The notes under the pieces: model-generated | The model's input: the letters and a program-made list of their open reading frames with translations, nothing else | What the model was told of the DNA's origin: nothing | The model's database searches: none | Made by a program: the position numbers and the translations under genes | Shown: positions 63,201 to 64,000 of the stretch, piece after piece | How the letters are laid out: every line of letters begins with the position of its first letter | How positions within the stretch are numbered: the first letter of the stretch is position 1 | DNA from: Bispira polyomma | Lineage: Eukaryota | Length of the DNA: 64,000 bases | NCBI GenBank assembly: GCA_965649765.1 | Contig: OZ287750.1 | Span: 76,012,001-76,076,000 of the forward strand | Direction: 5' to 3'

Positions 63201-63928
63201 TAGCGAATTAGATTTTTTTTGAAGCAATATTTTCAGCTAATCAAATTGGTTGGGACAAAAATGTTCAAATAAGAATCTATATGAATACCAGCCCTGGTAA
63301 TCAAAGTGCTTATTAACCCCTTTTATATGACTGCCCCAGTACAGCCAACCAGCACCAGCGACTGTCATTCCTCCTAACTAAAGACCATTAATTAACATTC
63401 CCCAGGTTCATTAGCCTGCCACTGGTAATAGATCCTAGTGACGGAGAATATCACCATTTTAAGTAATTCTCTAGGCCACTATGTAACAGCCTGTGCCTGG
63501 CCCCAGGATTACATCAGAACCCTGGGTAAAAGAGGTAAAAAAACATTTCACTTGTGGCACCGTTTAACAGAGGTGACGTAACAAATACCAAAGATCTACA
63601 TTAAAACCTGTTTTTAAAGACCACCCAAGGGAAACCCTTAAATGTGGACTTTATTGACAAGTGGTCTTTATCTATAGAGGTGGGATATTGTTAAACATTT
63701 CATCAAGGGGAAATGAAAACTGTAGTCTTTTATACAGAGGTAATTTTTGAGGTAGCTAAAGTTTTTAAAAGACCCAAAAACAGTAACATTGACAGAGTGT
63801 GTTACATTGTTAATGTTCTGCTATTGTTTAGGTGTGGTTGCCTTTACATCCCAAAGATGACGGTGTCCAAAGAGGGTTTATGTCTCGGAGAATTATGTTA
63901 CCATTCCGAGTGGACGTTTACCCTTTAG
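15067..63928 (+). CDS. RIC1: RIC1 homolog (RAB6A-GEF complex partner 1, WD40-like/RIC1 family): 19 coding exons in window, 3' part beyond window end
   Basis: Manual splicing gives one continuous ORF: [11 protein letters not shown]...WKPDSSMIA...[11 protein letters not shown]...SLWSVFG...WGSEGYHMW...[22 protein letters not shown]...NWPIRF...[10 protein letters not shown]...QRDRSG...[18 protein letters not shown]...RIMLPF. These motifs are collinear with vertebrate RIC1 as I recall it. All junctions are GT-AG with matching phases. Confidence 0.96.
15811..15918 (+). CDS. RIC1: RIC1 exon 2 (PSVQIVSF...[11 protein letters not shown])
   Basis: ttacAG acceptor, GTAAGC donor, 108 nt. Confidence 0.94.
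16282..16367 (+). CDS. RIC1: RIC1 exon 3 ([11 protein letters not shown]...VQHED)
   Basis: ttgtAG acceptor, GTGAGA donor, 86 nt, ends phase 2. Confidence 0.9.
17425..17526 (+). CDS. RIC1: RIC1 exon 4 (KPVKNDP...IPALHL...GGVH)
   Basis: ttttgtAG acceptor, GTAAGG donor, 102 nt, phase 2 to 2 bridging exons 3 and 5. Confidence 0.85.
17749..17942. mobile_element. Tc1/mariner(pogo)-type MITE, TA target
   Basis: TA|CAGTAAAAACTC...GAGGTTCTCAACTG|TA; same family as 53674-53862. Confidence 0.7.
22156..25224 (+). mobile_element. 5'-truncated L1/Tx1-clade non-LTR retrotransposon (ORF2: endonuclease remnant, RT, C-terminal Cys/His knuckle)
   Basis: ORFs 22279-24354 and 24373-25224 are in one frame, separated by a single TAG. 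Motifs [49 protein letters not shown]...EH...C. The frame extends upstream to HSLIKISF...RGRGFYKFN (end of APE domain). No ORF1 and no clear poly(A). Confidence 0.93.
26571..26603 (+). promoter_or_regulatory. CCAAT and TATA boxes in Ngaro A1 repeat (TATA copy also in A2, ~31889-31897)
   Basis: ggCCAATcac...ccTATATAAAcgg upstream of gag; function inferred. Confidence 0.55.
26740..28426 (+). pseudogene. Ngaro gag-like ORF1 (frameshifted near 27270-27360)
   Basis: Two consecutive ORFs; N-terminal CxxC-H-C; C-terminal CKYFN...C...H...HICIYC...H...C zinc finger of the type seen in DIRS/Ngaro gag. Confidence 0.8.
28535..30573 (+). pseudogene. Ngaro reverse transcriptase/RNase H (frameshift near 30110)
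   Basis: [28 protein letters not shown] motifs; RNase H FVDS...ISQFEL...RCDN...NVLADKLSR. Confidence 0.92.
30655..31614 (+). CDS. Tyrosine recombinase of Ngaro element (ORF intact, 319 aa)
   Basis: Catalytic residues R (GCLRISN), K (WAKN), HxxR (HTFRR), W (GVWKS), Y (VRAYI). Confidence 0.92.
   Translation: MEALLTSACARSREAVIPVTHNTYVKQFRTFLAFFISNEISCNVNVSIVLMYLEFLTAQAMTYRVINNYVSGVKYCCTMYGMDIQPWEHVTVVRFLRAIRINGSRVVNKKGFFSLQNIKQISEACAVFESTNAYRAAFLTAFYGCLRISNITPVSAGGFDRSKHISRGDVVLAHPGIHLTLRWAKNLQERDQSHVVILPRVRNPLVCPVQAIQALLSSRILPISDPLFVDDNYHLITQSMLRRRLASILRIAEIPLQGHGFHTFRRSAATLAFDANIPMDNIRLHGVWKSSAVRAYIKRNLRQAHLLPNTFSSIVNSTF
33261..33403 (+). CDS. RIC1: RIC1 exon 5 ([12 protein letters not shown]...[11 protein letters not shown])
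   Basis: ttttcAG acceptor, GTAAGA donor, 143 nt. Confidence 0.94.
33610..34620 (+). repeat. 87-bp tandem array made of the RIC1 intron 5 acceptor (28 nt) plus the first 59 nt of exon 6; ~11 clear units plus degenerate ones
   Basis: Unit tactataaacacttgtatatattttcAG|cctctcagttaacc...ccctctgatg; the last unit is the real exon start. Confidence 0.95.
34562..34695 (+). CDS. RIC1: RIC1 exon 6 ([26 protein letters not shown]...KFEPH)
   Basis: Acceptor is the last unit of the 87-bp array; GTAAGT donor; 134 nt; phase 1 to 0. Confidence 0.9.
34745..34960 (-). mobile_element. Degenerate SINE-like repeat
   Basis: Similar to 4730-4870 and ~62340-62480; simple-repeat tail at left end, B-box-like sequence at right. 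Confidence 0.5.
35486..39303 (-). pseudogene. LINE ORF2 (APE endonuclease + reverse transcriptase + CCHC-type knuckle), about 3 frameshifts and 1 nonsense codon
   Basis: SFNCRGL, LLQETH, GGDFN, SRLDY, RSDH (APE); [34 protein letters not shown] (RT); CQYC...EH...C; spread over ORFs 39022-39303, 38220-38930, 37099-38244, 36007-37086, 35486-36046. Confidence 0.95.
40765..42079 (-). pseudogene. LINE ORF1 (coiled coil + RRM + CTD, L1-type) fused to a C-terminal NADAR/YbiA domain; one 1-nt frameshift at 41178-41180
   Basis: ORF1 motifs [31 protein letters not shown]. Removing one base gives a 437-aa ORF ending FFFG..LSNFHP.PF...YSCSEQYY...KFNQN...[11 protein letters not shown]...WEGDNIL..IL..LR, collinear with YbiA/NADAR motifs. 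Confidence 0.88.
43832..44005. mobile_element. Tc1/mariner-type MITE, TA target
   Basis: TA|CAGTAGACTCTGTA...TACAGAGTCTACTG|TA; related partial copy at ~21980-22155. Confidence 0.85.
44974..45065 (+). CDS. RIC1: RIC1 exon 7 (QVVGVWAQE...[14 protein letters not shown])
   Basis: tttctAG acceptor, GTGAGT donor, 92 nt. Confidence 0.94.
45640..45980 (+). repeat. Three tandem copies (~128-134 bp) of the exon 8 acceptor plus 5' part of exon 8
   Basis: AG|tggagaagg.cttgt...ccacttag.tgacatgacagg starting at 45655, 45789 and 45917. Confidence 0.92.
45917..46005 (+). CDS. RIC1: RIC1 exon 8 ([21 protein letters not shown]...KDFP)
   Basis: tttccAG acceptor, GTAAAA donor, 89 nt; only the third of three tandem copies is complete. 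Confidence 0.9.
46192..51269 (-). mobile_element. Gypsy/Ty3 LTR retrotransposon (single gag-pol ORF, decayed) with incomplete LTRs
   Basis: gag CCHC knuckles, protease ADTG, RT (APQG...CVDD), RNase H (Y.PIEGEAL, TDHKPL), integrase (H..HQG..CxxC, VDRYS, SDGG, AELAVK) in Gypsy order; 45-bp terminal direct repeat 46192-46236 / 51225-51269. Confidence 0.94.
46288..51152 (-). pseudogene. Gypsy gag-pol polyprotein with stops at 48948 and 47527 and a frameshift near 47635
   Basis: ORFs 48948-51152 and 47553-48881 share a frame; 47527-47724 and 46288-47526 share the next frame. Confidence 0.9.
51401..51545 (+). CDS. RIC1: RIC1 exon 9 (CQAVCGSV...KWTPDG...SLWSVFG...HVDM)
   Basis: ttccAG acceptor, GTCAGT donor, 145 nt, phase 1 to 2. 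Confidence 0.92.
51539..53040 (+). repeat. 28-bp minisatellite beginning at the exon 9 donor (acatggg|GTCAGTgagatatgtgtgatt), ~53 copies estimated from length/period
   Basis: Direct reading; first unit overlaps the last 7 exon nt. Confidence 0.96.
53262..53547. mobile_element. piggyBac-like MITE
   Basis: TTAA|CCCCCTTG...CAAAGGGG|TTAA. Confidence 0.65.
53674..53862. mobile_element. Tc1/mariner(pogo)-type MITE, TA target
   Basis: 22-bp TIR CAGTAGAACCTC(T/C)ATTATCCGA flanked by TA; relatives at ~19450-19630, ~43390-43514, 53041-53180, ~60750-60834. Confidence 0.88.
54145..54328. mobile_element. MITE with 23-bp TIRs
   Basis: GGGGCCGTATTTACTAAAGTTCT vs reverse complement GGGGCCGAATTCACTAAAGTTCT (21/23). 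Confidence 0.8.
54441..54492 (+). CDS. RIC1: RIC1 exon 10 ([17 protein letters not shown])
   Basis: tttttttcAG acceptor, GTAAGT donor; 52 nt restores phase 2 to 0 between exons 9 and 11. Confidence 0.85.
55702..55860 (+). CDS. RIC1: RIC1 exon 11 ([10 protein letters not shown]...[12 protein letters not shown])
   Basis: ttgcAG acceptor, GTAAGT donor, 159 nt. Confidence 0.95.
56246..56472. mobile_element. MITE with perfect 39-bp inverted repeats
   Basis: 56246-56284 is the exact reverse complement of 56434-56472; related sequence at ~14555. Confidence 0.8.
56530..56716 (+). repeat. 23-bp minisatellite (tgcaatgtgagtgcaagggatgt), ~8 copies
   Basis: Direct reading. Confidence 0.92.
56997..57173 (+). 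CDS. RIC1: RIC1 exon 12 ([17 protein letters not shown]...QNWPIR)
   Basis: ttacAG acceptor, GTACTT donor, 177 nt. Confidence 0.95.
58414..58524 (+). CDS. RIC1: RIC1 exon 13 (FSSVNRSG...[11 protein letters not shown])
   Basis: atccAG acceptor, GTAAAA donor, 111 nt. Confidence 0.95.
58820..59146 (+). mobile_element. 3' fragment of the same L2/CR1-type family, with (TACAA)n-like tail
   Basis: Degenerate AVSIAA...[12 protein letters not shown]-rich tract, 3'UTR homologous to the 8790-9000 copy. Confidence 0.75.
59157..59246 (+). CDS. RIC1: RIC1 exon 14 ([13 protein letters not shown]...[10 protein letters not shown])
   Basis: acacAG acceptor, GTAAGA donor, 90 nt. Confidence 0.94.
59231..59630 (+). 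repeat. 29-bp minisatellite spanning the exon 14 donor (ggatcagagagatgag|GTAAGAgatccta), 14 copies
   Basis: GTAAGAG occurs every 29 nt from 59247 to 59624. Confidence 0.96.
59640..59914 (-). mobile_element. tRNA-derived SINE
   Basis: Minus strand has A-box TGGCCTAGTGGTTA, B-box-like GGTTCTATCC, then aaggtacttaac...ctacccaggtgtataaatg, resembling a conserved SINE central domain. Confidence 0.7.
60166..60248 (+). repeat. 41-bp tandem duplication
   Basis: aatggc.ggattgtagggactcagc.gtcgacgtacattac x2; partial third copy near 60476. Confidence 0.8.
60538..60703 (+). CDS. RIC1: RIC1 exon 15 ([12 protein letters not shown]...ADCHL...GDKP)
   Basis: ttacAG acceptor, GTAAGT donor, 166 nt. Confidence 0.94.
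61083..61190 (+). CDS. RIC1: RIC1 exon 16 ([11 protein letters not shown]...IPHP...[12 protein letters not shown])
   Basis: ctctcAG acceptor, GTACGT donor, 108 nt. Confidence 0.93.
62143..62282 (+). CDS. RIC1: RIC1 exon 17 (TVRIQP...[20 protein letters not shown]...KERP)
   Basis: Acceptor tAG at 62142 (alternative in-frame cAG at 62148); GTATGT donor. Confidence 0.91.
62935..63063 (+). CDS. RIC1: RIC1 exon 18 ([17 protein letters not shown]...[13 protein letters not shown])
   Basis: gtgtAG acceptor, GTATTC donor, 129 nt. Confidence 0.95.
63832..63928 (+). CDS. RIC1: RIC1 exon 19 (VWLPLHPK...[15 protein letters not shown])
   Basis: tgtttAG acceptor, GTAAGA donor, 97 nt. Confidence 0.95.
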
Positions 63929-64000
63929 GTAAGAAGACAGTAGGCAACCTATTTACCACACAAACTCAGCCAAAAAAAAGATCGACGATGAATCAATTAA

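Overview
AT-rich eukaryotic (metazoan, probably mollusc or other lophotrochozoan; inferred from repeat and TE content) genomic DNA. The + strand carries the first 19 coding exons of a RIC1 orthologue (RAB6A-GEF complex partner, KIAA1432/Rich). They run from the ATG at 15067 to 63928, with all GT-AG junctions phase-consistent (2266 nt, ~755 codons), and the gene continues past the window end. Its introns hold four large decayed retroelements: a 5'-truncated L1/Tx1-type LINE (+, ~22156-25224), a Ngaro/PAT-type tyrosine-recombinase retrotransposon with split direct repeats (+, 26489-32228), a full-length L1/Tx1-type LINE nested in a hAT MITE (-, ~35126-42878), and a Gypsy element (-, 46192-51269). 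MITEs, SINEs and L2/CR1 tails are scattered throughout. Three observations stand out. (1) ORF1 of the full-length LINE is fused, across a single 1-nt frameshift, to a complete NADAR/YbiA-family domain (ADP-ribose/N-glycosidase fold), a candidate retrotransposon-borne anti-ADP-ribosylation module. (2) At least five RIC1 exon boundaries have been tandemly amplified, each repeat unit spanning the splice junction, which creates arrays of decoy splice sites. (3) The ends of the Gypsy copy match predicted RNA termini rather than integrase-processed LTR ends. No gene could be supported in the first 15 kb.
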